Source: Octopus sinensis (taxonomy: Eukaryota). Taken from it: a DNA stretch of 64,000 bases. Under the pieces are notes generated by a model. It was not told where the DNA came from and searched no databases. It saw only the letters and a list, made by a program, of their open reading frames with translations. The DNA lies in the NCBI RefSeq assembly GCF_006345805.1, contig NC_043012.1, positions 36,518,001-36,582,000 of the forward strand, written 5' to 3'. Positions 26,919 through 40,589 of this stretch are shown here, one piece after another. Made by a program: the position numbers and the translations under genes. Every line of letters begins with the position of its first letter. The stretch's first letter is position 1.

Positions 26919-27168
26919 GTTTATATATGTATATTTTTTAAATATATATACATATACAATGATCCCTCAACTATCATCAGTGTTATGTTCCAAAACCCCT
27001 GCGGTTGGTGAAAATCTGCGAAGTAGAATCAGAATGTACTGTATAATTTTTATATCTTTAAAATTATTTTAATAATTTGTATATATTTATTTTATTATAA
27101 ATGCAAAACAACACCACAAAGGAATTGACATAAACTTAAATACTGAACTGAGACATGATGAGGGATTA

Positions 27169-27206
<38 letters not shown>

Positions 27207-28857
27207 TCATCATCGTTTAATGTCCATGGTTGGACGATTCAACTGGGGTCCAGGAAGCCAGAAGGCTGCACCAGGCCCAGCCTGATCTGGCAGTGTTTCT
27301 ACAGCTGGATGCCCTTCCTAACGCCAACCACTCCGAGAGTATATATTTCTTTATTGTCCACAGAGGGCTAAACATAGAGGGGACAGACAAGGACAAAAAA
27401 ATTAAGTCAATTACATCGACCGCTATGCGTAACTGGTATGTATTTAATCGACCTCGGCGGAATTTGAACTCAGAACATAACGACAGACGAAATACCACTA
27501 AGCATTTCGCCCGGCATGTTAATGATTCTGCCATCCACACACACATTAGCAGAAAACTGCCCTTTGGGCGGCTTTGCGATAGCCACTTTGATAATATTTT
27601 CACATTTGATACCTAAATTTAATAATTTTTATATTTTACGTCTAATTATTTCTTTGTATAATAATGCTCACTTGCTTAGTAAGTATTGCTTTCATTATTT
27701 TATCACGATGATTTATTTCTCTTAAACAAACATCAAGGTAGTCCAACTACATTTAGTGTACAAAAAAAGTAGCAGTGATTACACAGATATTTTAATACCT
27801 ATAGTGTATCAAATAGCCATAACAACAAATTCACTTGATAATTCTTAGATAATGACGGAAAGAAATAAGTTGCATGAGCTCGAAGCTTCAGCACGTTTTG
27901 ATAAGTTGTCTCATATAACATATAATTATTGCTGGTGTGTGTAAGAGAGAGAGAAAGAGAACATTACAAACAATGAATGAAATAAACATGAAATGAAAAC
28001 ATTGTATAAATAAAAGCTCAAGGAAGAAAAATTTGATTATCCCCACATGGTGAGTTGTAATGCAAAGAATATATATATAAAATAAAAGATGGATAATGCA
28101 TACAATTTACATAGTTTTAATAAATTTTATAAATGAAAGAGTATTGTGTTTGTCAACTGGTTTCACTTTCACTAATCATGACATCAAAATTATTGTAATT
28201 TTGTATTCGCTTAAGAAGATTTTAGTCTATGTTGTGTACGGGAGTTTGTGAATGAAATGAATCAGCAAGTAGAAAAATCTAAGGAGTAGTAATTGGTGAT
28301 CATTATTATTTGGGAGGGGGTGGGTAATTGCTCATATTTTGGGGAGGAGATAAATAAATATACAAAAACTCAAAAGCTAAAGTAGTGAGGTGAAATATGT
28401 ACAGTGATGGGTATGTGAACATGAATTAAAATATATACTGAGGCCAAAGTTGGTTATGGTTTCATATTTAGGCGTGTTCTGTATTTTTTGATAAATAAAT
28501 TTTCTTTATTTCAACATTCTTGTACAGAAATTGTTTCATTGCACTGGTAGATGGGGAAGGCTGTGAAGCTTGGTTGGATATTACCTGCACATCTCCCTAT
28601 GTATTCACTCAAAGGGACCTGTTTTTACTGTGGGAAACAAATCTGTTACTTATGTAGTTTCTCCATCTAAGTGCCATACTTGACAAGTATGGCACACACC
28701 TAAATATGAACACATAATCAAATAAACAAAAAGATCATCAAAATCTTAAAGCTACAAGATAATCCATGATTAATTCAAAACAATCTGAATGCCAAAGGTT
28801 TAAATTATTTTTATTGAATGTTTTTTTTTTATTTTTTGCTTTTGTTTCTATTTTCAG

Positions 28858-28982
28858 CCCTCCAAATCCTTCTTGTATGAAATGGTCTGAATATTATCCC
28901 GAATTCTTCAGTGGAAATTCATCATTAAGTAGCCCCAAAGTTGAATTTGCGGATATTGGTTGTGGCTATGGAGGTCTTTTAG
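28858..28982 (+). CDS. METTL1: METTL1 exon 2 (PPNPSCMKWSEYYPEFF...VEFADIGCGYGGLL)
   Basis: ttttcag acceptor, SAM-binding motif I DIGCGYGG, GTGAG donor; 125 nt keeps frame. Confidence 0.95.
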
Positions 28983-29222
28983 GTGAGAAAGAGTTAAACG
29001 TTTTTAAAAACACCAATTATAGTTTGGTTATGTGAATCATCATCATCATCATTTGATATCCATGTTGGTACTGGTACCATGTAAAAAGCACCTAATATAC
29101 TCTGTAAAGTGGTTGGTGTTAGGAAGGGCATCCAAACATTGGAAACCTACCCCTAATGAAGTCCTCCCAACCCATGCAAGTGTGGGAAAGGGGACATTAA
29201 AACGATGATGATATACATACAT

Positions 29223-29259
<37 letters not shown>

Positions 29260-29489
29260 TACATGCATACATACGTATATACTTACATGCAATGCATACA
29301 TACATATATGCATATATACTTACATACATGCAATGCATACATAAATATTTACATACATGCACGCAATGCATACACACACATATATGCATACATACATACA
29401 TACATACATGCATACATTTGTGCGTATTAACTTTTTAGCTATAATAGTGATGTATTGATAATGTTATTGTTTTGTCTTCTTCTTTGCAG

Positions 29490-29674
29490 TGTCCTTGTCA
29501 CCATTGTTCCCTGATAAACTGATGCTAGGAATTGAGATCCGTGTGAAAGTGTCGGATTTTGTGAAGGAACGAATCAAGGCGTTGCGTACCATGAATCCTG
29601 GAAAGTACCAGAATATTGCTTGTATCAGATCCAATGCCATGAAATATCTTCCCAATTTTTTTGAAAAAGGACAG
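29490..29674 (+). CDS. METTL1: METTL1 exon 3 ([25 protein letters not shown]...[14 protein letters not shown])
   Basis: tttgcag acceptor, conserved [11 protein letters not shown] and [10 protein letters not shown] motifs, GT donor; 185 nt. Confidence 0.95.
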
Positions 29675-30988
29675 GTTCGTAGTATGTTGTTGAGACTGTT
29701 TCCCTCTGTGCTGCCTCGTTGAAAAATACATCCTTTACTCACTGTAAATCATCATCATCATCATCATCAAACATCCATGTAACATTGGCAGGAGTTGGAT
29801 AGTTTGACAAGATCCTTTGGGTCCAAGGACTGCATCGTACTCCATTGTCTACTCGGGTATGGTTTCTTTGGCTGGATGCCTTTCTTTAAGGCCAACCACT
29901 TTATAACCTGTGCTGGGTACTTTTTTTCATGCCACTGGCTCAAATGAGGTCACCATGCAGCTTGGAAGGCTAAGATCCCCTTCAGCTGAGTAGGATCACA
30001 ATAGAGAGAGACGCAGCCTTTATGCTAGGAGATAAGGGATTAAAGCAATGGTTCTAATCCGGGGTCTGGTGGTGGTGGCGGTGATGAAAAATACCTTAGG
30101 GACAAGAGCCCAGAGCCCAGGTTTGGAATTTCCCCAAGGCACCTGGTGAAGGCTGGAGGGTATATCAGCCGAAATGTTGGGTTAACAACAAACAAGATGA
30201 GGACAAATATGCGTCAAATGTAAATAATGTAAATAAATTCCTCATAATATTTAAGTATAAAAATAATGTTTTCTTCTTTTACTTGTTTCAGTTATTTTGA
30301 CTGCGACCATGCTGGAGCACCGCCTTTAGTCGAACAATCGATCCTAGGACTTATTCTTTATAAGCCTACTACTTATTCTATCGGTCTCTTTTGCCAAACT
30401 GCTAAGGTATGGGGGACGTAAACACACCAGCATCAGTTGTCAAGCGATGGGGGGCAAACACACACACATATGTATATAAGCCCATCATTTGTGTATATAT
30501 ATGATGGGTTTCTTTCAGTTTCCATCTACCAAATCCACTCACAAGGCTTTGGTCGACCTGAGGCTGTAGTAGAAGACACTTGCCCACGGTGCCATGTAGT
30601 GGGACTGAACCCAGAACTATGTAGTTGGTAAGCAAGCTACTTACCACACAGCCACGCTTCTGTGAGTTCCAACACTTGAAAGGAACTCAACCGCTTTGCC
30701 TCCATGCAGCCCAGGAGCTTGGCCACTTTGCCCCCATAAGGCCCTTGTGCTCGAAAGGAACTCAGCCACTTTGCCTCCATGGTGGTACTGAAGTACTAAA
30801 GAGCAGCAGGGCACCCTAAAACCACATGGCAAAGGACCATGTCAAGGAAAAGAGACAAGAAGGGTGGAGAAGCTAGAATGAGACCAGAACAGTTGCAGAA
30901 AACAGAGCTGGTTGGAGGGACCACGTTGTGGCTTTGATTATGCCTCATGGCATGGAGAGACCTAGCTCCTCCACCTCTCATTGCTTAA

Positions 30989-31198
<210 letters not shown>

Positions 31199-31847
31199 TG
31201 ATGTCTTTCATTCCACCTCTAGAATTATGGTCGTTGGGATGGGACCGTCTCAGGATGCAACACATCCAGTTAAGAACTGTTTAACAAAACCATTATTCGT
31301 TTATTCTTTTACTTGTTTCAGTCATTTGAATGTGGCCTTGCTGGAGCACCACCATTAGTTTACCATTATCTTTTATTTGTTTCAGTCATTGAACTGTGGC
31401 CATGCTGGGGCACCACTTTGAAGAATCTTTTGTTGAATGAATTGGCCTCAGTATTTATTTAGTTTTATTTCTTAAGACAGCTCTGGTACTTATTCTGTTG
31501 GTTTCTTTTGCTAAACTGCTAAGTTGCGGGGATGTAAACACATCAACACTGGTTGTCAAACAGTGGTGGAAGATAAACACAGACACATACATACACATTT
31601 ATATATATATATATATATTTCTTTACTACCCACAAGGGGCTAAGCACAGAGGGGACAAACAAGGACAGACAAAGGAGTTAAGTCGATTACATCGAGCCCA
31701 GTGCATAACTGGTACTTAATTTATCGACTCCGAAAGGATGAAAGGCAAAGTCGACCTCGGCGGAATTTGAACTCGGAACGTAACGACAGATGAAATACGT
31801 CTATGCATTTCGCCCGGCGTGCTAACGATTCTGCCAGCTGGCCGCCC

Positions 31848-31886
<39 letters not shown>

Positions 31887-32502
31887 CATAAATACACAAC
31901 AGGCTTCTTTCTGTTTCCAAATCCACTCACAAGCTATTGGTTGGCTCCAAGGCTATAGTAGAAGACACTTGCCCAAAGTGCCACTCAGTGGAACTGAACC
32001 TGGGACCATATGGTTGGCAAGCAAACTTCTTACCACACAGCCACGCCTGCACCTGTACTACTTTTAATAAACGCAGATATCTCTCAATTGGGGTATCTCT
32101 GGGTAAATAAATTATATTTTATGGAAGTATTTGGGAACACGGAGATATATTATTTAACTGAGCTCTGCCTGAATCAATAAAAAAGATGTTATTTTGCCTC
32201 AGTAAATTCAACCAAGAGACAAAATATAGAACAAATTGCACAATTCCTATTCCATACTAACATAGAATTGGTAATCCCTCTCTCTCTTTCGGAGAGGCAC
32301 TGAGCACCTACACGCACACATACACACACGGCAGTAACTTCTACCTACCGAATTCAATCACAAAGCTCCGGTCGGCTCGAGGCTATAGTGGAAGACACCT
32401 ACCCAAAGTGCCAGGCAGTGGGACTGAACCCGAAACCATGCAGCTAGGAAGCAAGCTCCCTAACCACACAGCCATGCCCGCGCCTACAAATGATGATTAT
32501 AA

Positions 32503-32718
<216 letters not shown>

Positions 32719-32751
32719 TGATTTTCTTTCTCTTTTGATCTTTCGTTTCAG

Positions 32752-32880
32752 CAAAGTGATATTGTTGTTGAGAAACTTTATGGAAGTACGGAAGAAGGTC
32801 AGAAGGTCACACGAAATAAAGGAGAAAAATTCCTGGCTGTGTTTAGACGAATTAATGACCCTTACGTTAGTAAAAGGTGA
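32752..32880 (+). CDS. METTL1: METTL1 exon 6, last coding exon ([42 protein letters not shown])
   Basis: tttcag acceptor, STEEGxKVxRN motif, TGA at 32878-32880. Six exons total 759 nt = 252 aa plus stop. Confidence 0.95.
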   Translation, partial: QSDIVVEKLYGSTEEGQKVTRNKGEKFLAVFRRINDPYVSKR

Positions 32881-35446
32881 CATTAAAACTATATTTTTGA
32901 CTTCTTCTTTTTGAGTTTCTGTGAATCAACACTTGCATGTAAGTTGTGGAAGACTTTATGTTTAGATTTTTTCTCTGACTCAGGATTATGAAAACCTCTT
33001 GGAATGGTTGCTCTTTTTCATGTACCATTCCTACAGATGTTAGTTATCAGAGACCTCTGTCCTGTACTTGTCCCTTCGACAACTTAACCACATTATTCGG
33101 TCAATCTCTTTTTTGTGGCCAGCTGATTAGGCTACTCTGCCTCTCTCTAACTTGGTCTCATTATAGCCAGCTGGAAAGACCATCCTCTCTCTCTCTCCCC
33201 CTCCTCAGCTGATAAGGCTGCCTAATATATTCTCTCCCACTTTCCTTACTCTCGGTCAATCTCTATAGATAAGGCCATCCTCTCTCTTCTCTCTTACTCC
33301 TGTTTATAGGGCTGCCCACTCTATTCCCTTTCTCTACTTCTCTATGACCAGTTAGTAAGGCCAAACTGTCTCTTCTTTCTCTCTCTCCCTCTAGCTGACA
33401 GGATTGCCCAGGCTCTTCTCTCTCTCTTTCTCTCCATACTCTAAGCCAGTCTCCATAGCCAGCCAGTCAGGCCATGCTGTCTCTCCCCTTCTTTCTCTCT
33501 GGCCAGGTTAAGGCCATTGTGTATCTCTCTCTCTCTCTCTCCTGGCTTCGTCCTTTCACTTCTCCGCGTTTCACTTTGCATTCAAGCCTCCTCGTATTCT
33601 ATTTCGAGTCTTACCTCCTCCTCCTCCTCCTCCCGATCCCCATGGAACATCCAGACAACATTCATTATTTCTGTAGCAGTTTGAAATCTGAAGGTAAGGT
33701 TTCTAGCTTTCCATTCCACCCTTCCTCATTTCAAAACACAACTGTGGGACCAATTATGCCAGATACCAACCAAAAATTTCACTGTCAAGGTTGCGGTGGG
33801 ATCTGTAACCTTGGATAGTGACCTTATCTTTGTTGTTTTGGTTCTCTACATGCAAGGTTCAAATCTTACTGAGGTCAACCTTATTTTTCATTCCTTTGGA
33901 GTCATTTTATTACCATGCAAGTACTTAGGGGTCATTCTCCTCTCTCTGCTCCCCCCCACCTCTCTCTCTTTCTCAGAATTGGTTACATTGAAGGGGCCAA
34001 GAAAGAAACAGTTATCTTGCAGCCCTACAAACTTTTCCACCACCACCACCACTCTATGCACTCAAAGAAAGTATAAAGAAAAAGAAGTTGAGGCAGTTAA
34101 TTGTTAGGGGTTTTTCAAGGTAGGATGGAATCCCTAACCCTTCAGCATTCAGATTATTTTGTCAAATGTAATCCCTATTTATCCACATCGTTTCGAATTA
34201 ATCATGGCTTATCTTGTGGCTTTGGGATTCTGATTAGGTAACTTAATTTTTTAAGTGACTGTGCAGGGTAGGTGGGAGAGGCTGGATCTGGCTGGTTTGA
34301 ACATAAAACAAGGAGAATATTTGGACTAGATATGACTGGTTTAAGTGCCAAAGGGTCAAAGCATTTGTCCAGCTCTCTTGAGTTGACATCTCACCAAGGT
34401 CAGCTTGGCCTTTTGTCTTTCCAAGGCCAATAAATAAGGTACTAGACAGGTGCATTAAATTGACGATATTGTTAGAATGTTGGATGAGGTGCCTTGGGGT
34501 ATTCATTCCAGCTTTTCCTGATCTGAATTCAAATCCCTCCGCTTACATTTGGCTACTTCATAGACAAAAAACAGAAGGAATCTTTCAGACCTTTCAGTCA
34601 GTGATACACCTCTCGTGTTGTCACATAATTTGATGCATTAATTAGTGGGGGTAACATCATCTCAGTCGCCTGAATGTACACAAATGTGGACTTTACACTG
34701 ACGTGGGGCAAAATATCATCATCATCATCATCATCATAGCATCTACATTTCTATGCTTGCATGTTTTGGATGGGAATTGTCAAGGCAGATTTTCTACAGT
34801 TGGATGCCCTTCCTGTTGCCAACCCTCATGTTTCCAAACAAGGTAATATTTCCCCTAGACATGTTCTCACAGACTATTGGAGATGAACGACACTGCTTGT
34901 ATGACGGTGATACTCATTTACAAACATCACACTTTGTTGAGGCAACAACAACACATAAACATATGCAAACACACACACACACAACAAATTTCCTTCAGTT
35001 TTTGTCTGCCAAATCCACTCACAAGGTTTTGGTTGGCCCAAGGCTACAGTGGAACACTCTTGTCCCAGGTGCCATGCAGTGGGACTGAACCCAAAAGACA
35101 GAGGGCAAGAAAATTGAAGTATCAAAAGACACCGGTCAGCTTGAAGTCATATTTAGAGGACCCTTGGACACAATGTGAATGAAGCTTAAGCCTCGACTAC
35201 ACCCACACGGCCCTCTTCTTTTTCCAACTGGGGTAGACACGACTCTCCTCTGCTGCAAGATCTGTTTCCCTCCCTCAATACTATTCTTCACTCCGTATAT
35301 GTTTTGTGTGTGTGTATGTATGTATATATATATATATATATAACCGGAGTAAGCACATAAATGCGAAACAAGGTGGAAAAAGTGTACTCAAATACCAGAG
35401 GTAGAGTAATATGCTTTATTTAAAAGCAGCAGAAATATAACAAAAG

Positions 35447-35484
35447 CTGTTACTCGGAGTTTCACGTTCCTATTCGTCGGACAG
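35447..35484 (-). ncRNA. Hammerhead-like motif, family A; inverted partner at 35511-35548 (+)
   Basis: CTGT-CCGACGA-ATA GGAA CGT-GAAA-CTCCGA-GTA-ACAG. Confidence 0.5.
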
Positions 35485-35839
35485 TTTTGTTAAAAACTAT
35501 TTTAACAAAACTGTCCAACGAACGGGAATGTGAAACTCCAAGTAACAGCTTTTGTTATATTTCTGCTGCTTTTAAATAAAGTATATATATATATATATAT
35601 ATAGGTGCCCCATCATGGCTGTTGTCTAATGACTGCAACAAATAAAAGAGTAAAAGTTATATTGATATATATAAGCTCAACATGGCTGTGTAGTTAAACA
35701 GCTTGCTTCCCAATCCTGTGGTTACTGGTTCAGTCCCACTGCACTGCACTGTGGGTAAGTGCCTCTTAATACAGCTCCAGATCAAACAATGCTTTGTGAG
35801 TGAATTTGAATTTGATTGACAGAAACTGAAAGAAGATTA

Positions 35840-36995
35840 TCATCATCATCATCATCATTGTCCATGCTGGTATTGGTTGGACGCTTTGACCAGTGCTGCT
35901 AAGCTGGAAAACTGCACCAGACTCCAGTCTGATTTGGTATGGTTCTACGGCTGGATGCCCTTCGTAACACCAATCTCCGAGAGGGTGATGGGTGTTTTAT
36001 GTGCCACTGGCATGGGTGCCATTTGCATGATATCGGTATCTTCCATGACTGTGATTTTGCTCGGCTTAATGGGTCTTCTTCTCAAGCATGACATAATGCC
36101 AATGGTCTCAGTCATTGCCTCTGTGAGGCCCAACATTCAAAAGGAATTCAGTCACTTTGCTTCCCTGAGGCCCAATGCTTGAAAGGAACTTAGCCACTTT
36201 GCCTCCGTAAGACCCAATACTCAAAAGTAACTTGGCCACTTAGCCTCCATGAGGCCCAGCACTCAAAAGGAACTCGACCACTTTGTCTCTGTGAGGCCCA
36301 ACACTTGAAAGGAACTCGGCCACATTGCCTCTGTGAGGCCCAATACTCAAAAGGAACTTGGCCACATTGCCTCTGTGAGGCCCAATGCTCCAACAGTGCT
36401 CTTTACGTGCCAGTTACATGAGACCATCAGCCATGCCTATGATTTCCCTTAGCTTGAAGGGTCTTCTTCTCAATCACAGTATATCGCCAAAGGTCTTGGT
36501 CACTAGTCATTGCCTCTGTGAGGCTCAAAGATCATGCTTCACCACTTCATCCCATATCTTCCTGGATCTACCTCTTCCACAGGTTCCCTCCACAGTTAGA
36601 GATCAGCACTTCTTTACACAGCTATCCTCATCCATACACATCACATGACTGTACCAGTGCAGTCATCTCTCTTGCACACCACATCTGATGCCTCTTATGC
36701 CCAACTTTTCTCTCAAGATGCTTACACTCTGTCATACATGCACACTGACATTGCACATCAAGTGAAGCATACTGGCTTCATTTCTTCCAAGCCTGCACAT
36801 GTCCTCAGCAGTCGCAGCCCATGTTTCACTGCCATGTAGCATGGCTGTTCGCACACAGACATCATACAATCTGCCTTTCACTCTGAGGGAGAGGCCCTTT
36901 GTTGCCAGCAGAGGTAGGAGCTCTCTGAACTTTGCCCATCCTAATCTTATTTTCACTGCTACACTCTCGGAGCTTCCCCCTCTACTACTAACCTA
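35840..36995 (-). mobile_element. RTE-like LINE 3' fragment(s) containing a 42-bp minisatellite
   Basis: ORF 36732-36956 KIRLGWAKFRELLPLLATKGLSLRVKGRLYDVCVRTAMLHGSETWA; (CAT)n tail at ~35840. Confidence 0.8.
36115..36390. repeat. 42-bp minisatellite, ~6.5 copies; related array at 30656-30781
   Basis: Unit ~TTGCCTCTGTGAGGCCCAATACTCAAAAGGAACTTGGCCACT; appears as a 14-aa repeat in ORF 36190-36393. Confidence 0.9.
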
Positions 36996-37175
36996 GTTTG
37001 AGAAGCACTGATCTAGGTGAATATCTGATGTGGTGTAGCAGCAGTTATTTTTTCTTCCAATGCACCAGGGACCGGTAATATTTCTGAGTGATATTAATTT
37101 ATACTGCAAACAATATATATAATGAATATAAGAAAAGCTGACAATTTTTTTTTATTTCATATTGATTTTGTAAAC

Positions 37176-37870
37176 ATCATCATCATCATCGTTTAACGTC
37201 CGTTTTCCATGCTAGCATGGGTTGGAAGGTTCGACTGGGGTCTGGGAAGCCAGGAGGCTGCACCAGGCCCAGTCTGATCTGGCAGTGTTTCTACAGCTGG
37301 ATGCCTTTCCTAACACCAACCACTCCGTGAGTGTAGTGGGTGCTTTTTACGTGCCACTGGCACTGGTAATCACAACTATAATTTCCATTGATTTTTGAGC
37401 GATTTCGATTCCGATTTCACTTGCCTCAACAGGTCTTCGCCAGCAGAGTTTTGTGTCCCAAGAAGGAAAGGTATGCATAAGTGGGCTGGCTACATCCCAG
37501 GTAGAGGCCACGGGTTGTGGCCTCACTTGTCCTGCTGGGTCTTCTCACACACAGTATACTTCCAAAGGTCTCAGTCACTAGTCATTGCCTCGGTGAGACC
37601 TAATGTTCGAAGGTCGTGCTTCACCACCTCGTCCCAGGTTTTCCTGGGTCTACCTCTTCCACAGGTTCCCTCAACTGCTAGGGTGTGGCACTTTTTCACA
37701 CAACTATCTTCATCCATTCTCGCCACATGACCATACCAGTACAATCGTCTCTCTTGCACACTACAACTAATGCTTCTTAGGTCCAACTTTTCTCTCAAGG
37801 TACTTACACTCTGTTGAGTATGAACACTGACATTACACATCCATTGGAGCATATCAGTGTTCATACTCGA
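37176..37870 (-). mobile_element. RTE-like LINE 3' end
   Basis: RRLYWYGHVARMDEDSCVKKC..GRGRPRKTWDEVVKHDLRTLGLTEAM; (CAT)n tail at 37176. Confidence 0.85.
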
Positions 37871-38723
37871 CAGAGTGTAACAAATAATAATAACAATATA
37901 TATATATATATGTATGTGTGTGTGTACGTGCATCTAGGCATCATGTGATGGCTTGTATATGGACATGATTGTCACACCAATGATGTTATTTCCAGTCTTC
38001 CATGAAAACCATGTCTGGCCATGACAAAACAACCTTGGCTTGGAAACCGGTGAGGGTTGCTAAGAGGAAGGGCGTCCATCCAAGAAAACCTGCCTTAATA
38101 AATCCATCTGACCTGTGAAAGCATGGAAATGTGAGCATAACAAAACGACATTTTGATATAAATACTGCTTCCATCACTTATAATTAATTAATAATTAACT
38201 TTTAATAAACCTGTGGAAAGGATGCTGATATTCTATGTTCCATGGCAGCATGATTTGACCGGCATTTGCCACTGATGAAGTCCAGTTGACCAAAATCCTA
38301 TGACATGGGAATTCTGATGCCCATGACAGACGATTCTCATCTGCTACAATCTATGTGCAAGCTTCACTTGGTGCCTGTAAGTGACTACTAATGCAATATT
38401 CGGTGTTCTAAGAAAGCATCCATGTTAAATTGGATATAAAGGGGACCTTTTTATATTAATACTGCTTCCACAACTAGTAATTAATCGATGATATGTATAA
38501 AAGTGGTGCCCCAGCATGGCCGCAGTCAAATGACTGAAACAAGTAAAAGAATAAAGAAATATATAAGCATATGGGTGCAGGAATGGTTGAGTGGTAAGTA
38601 GCTTGCATACCAACCTCATGGTTCCGGGTTCATTCCCACTGTGTGGCACTTACTATAGCCTCGGGGTCAACCAAAGCCTTGTGAGTGGATTTGGTAGACG
38701 GAAACTGAAAGAAGCCTGTCATG

Positions 38724-38754
<31 letters not shown>

Positions 38755-38974
38755 TTGTGTTTGTCCCCACCAACATTGCTTGACAATTGATGCTGGTGTG
38801 TTTACGTCCCCGTTACTTAGCGGTTCGGCAAAAGAGTCCGATAGAATAAGTAGTAGGCTTCCAAAGAATATGTCCTGGGGTTGATGTGCTTGACTAAAGG
38901 CAGTGCTCCAGCATGGACACAGTCAAATGACTGAAACAAGTAAAAGAATAAAAAGAGTACATATTTGTATACAA

Positions 38975-40192
38975 TAGGTGCAAGGAGTATTTGAGGATAC
39001 TTAATCATCCATATATTCCTCACTTCAGACCAACTAAAAGGTTTTTATTTCTTTCAGATCCCCAATGGCAGATACAATGCTAACGCAAGAAATGAAAAGG
39101 CATGCAGTCATTGTTGCCATTTGTGCAGAACACAGCGACTTAGAAATTGCCAACTTTCTAAATGTTGCAAGATCCTTTGTTCACAAAGTTCGGATGGAAC
39201 TGGAAGCTTCCGGTGGGAATGTTTCAATTGTATCAAAGGGAAAAAAACATTGTAAACGTTCGGACACTATAAGGACACCGCAATTCATCCAACGGGTTCA
39301 ACACATTGTCAGTGATCACCCCGAAAAGTCATTGAGGGCCGTTGCTAAAGAACTTGAGGTGTCGGAGTGGACTGTCAGAACTGTGGTGCACGAGGGCATT
39401 TAATGCCAGTCGTAGGTGTTGTGTGAAGCCAGCTCATGTCTGCAAAGATATTTGATCTGTGTCGAACAGTTACTGAGAAAAGTTTTTAAAAAATCTTCAG
39501 GAACATGGCATGTTACGGTTTTCTTCTGCTGAGAAAATCTTTGACCGAGGCCCAACAGGAGAAATGATAGATGGTTATCCCTCTGCAGGACGCCAGTGAT
39601 GCATATTCGGTTTCCAGCAACTGGAATGGTTTAAGGAGTGGTGAATAACAAAGGCCATGAGAAGCCACCTCACATCTTTCCACATTGTATTAGAATTAAT
39701 GCTGCTGGATGTGTTGAGGTGCTGAGACGGGTATTAAACCCTGGATGGATGAAAGACACAGTTGAAGGCTGTATGTGTTCCAAACAAACTCAGCACTTTT
39801 GCACAAAGCCCACTCACCCCAAGAATGGATATCAGACAATCTTTATGATCCCGTAACATTGAACCTGTGGCCGCCTAACTTGACAGATTTAAATCCCATG
39901 GATTACCACGTTTGGAGAGTTGTTGAAAGGGAGAATAATTGACGCAATATCACTGAAGGCCACCGTTATCCAGGTGATGGTGTCCAAAATGAAATACAAA
40001 CCATTTAATGCATGCATGTCAAAGATTCTGGTTCTCCATCGAAGCTAAACGCTGATTCATTGAATCATCTTATAAGATAGCTTATTGAGAACATATGCAC
40101 AAATTTTTATTAAAATACATTTTATTTTTTACTAAATTAGACTGGTTTTATTAAATTACCAAATATGTCTTTAAATACCTCTTGCACCCTAT
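38975..40192 (+). mobile_element. Decayed Tc1/mariner-superfamily transposon, maT/DD37D-like
   Basis: Imperfect TIRs (TAGGTGCAAGGAGTATTTGAGG / rc TAGGGTGCAAGAGGTATTTAAAG); N-terminal HTH ORF 39065-39403; later fragments such as WPPNLTDLNPMDYHVW; multiple stops and frameshifts. Confidence 0.8.
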
Positions 40193-40589
40193 ATGTATGT
40201 ATATGTGTGTGTGTGTATGTATGTGTATATATATATATATATATAGTGAGAATTTACAAAAAAAACGAAGACAGGTGAGCAAACAACAAACGTGTGTGTG
40301 TGTTGTATATATATGTATTTATATACATATATATATGTATATATATACATATATATATATGTATATACACACGAGGGTGTGCTAAAAAGTTCCTGGCTTT
40401 GGATAAAAGAAAAGGATCAGTTAATTATGATTTTATTCAACATATTCTCCTCTCAGATGCACACATTTGTTGCAGCCATTCTTGTTTTTCTAAAAGAACT
40501 CAAGACGTTGGCCCTCCAACCAGGCCATTTGTGATAACCTTAAAGCCTGGAACTTTTCAGCACCCATTCATCTGTACACATCATCCTCC

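Noticed and set aside
36115-36390. CRISPR-like appearance of regularly spaced repeats
   Set aside because: Units are contiguous with no unique spacers, there are no cas genes, and the context is eukaryotic; it is a minisatellite.
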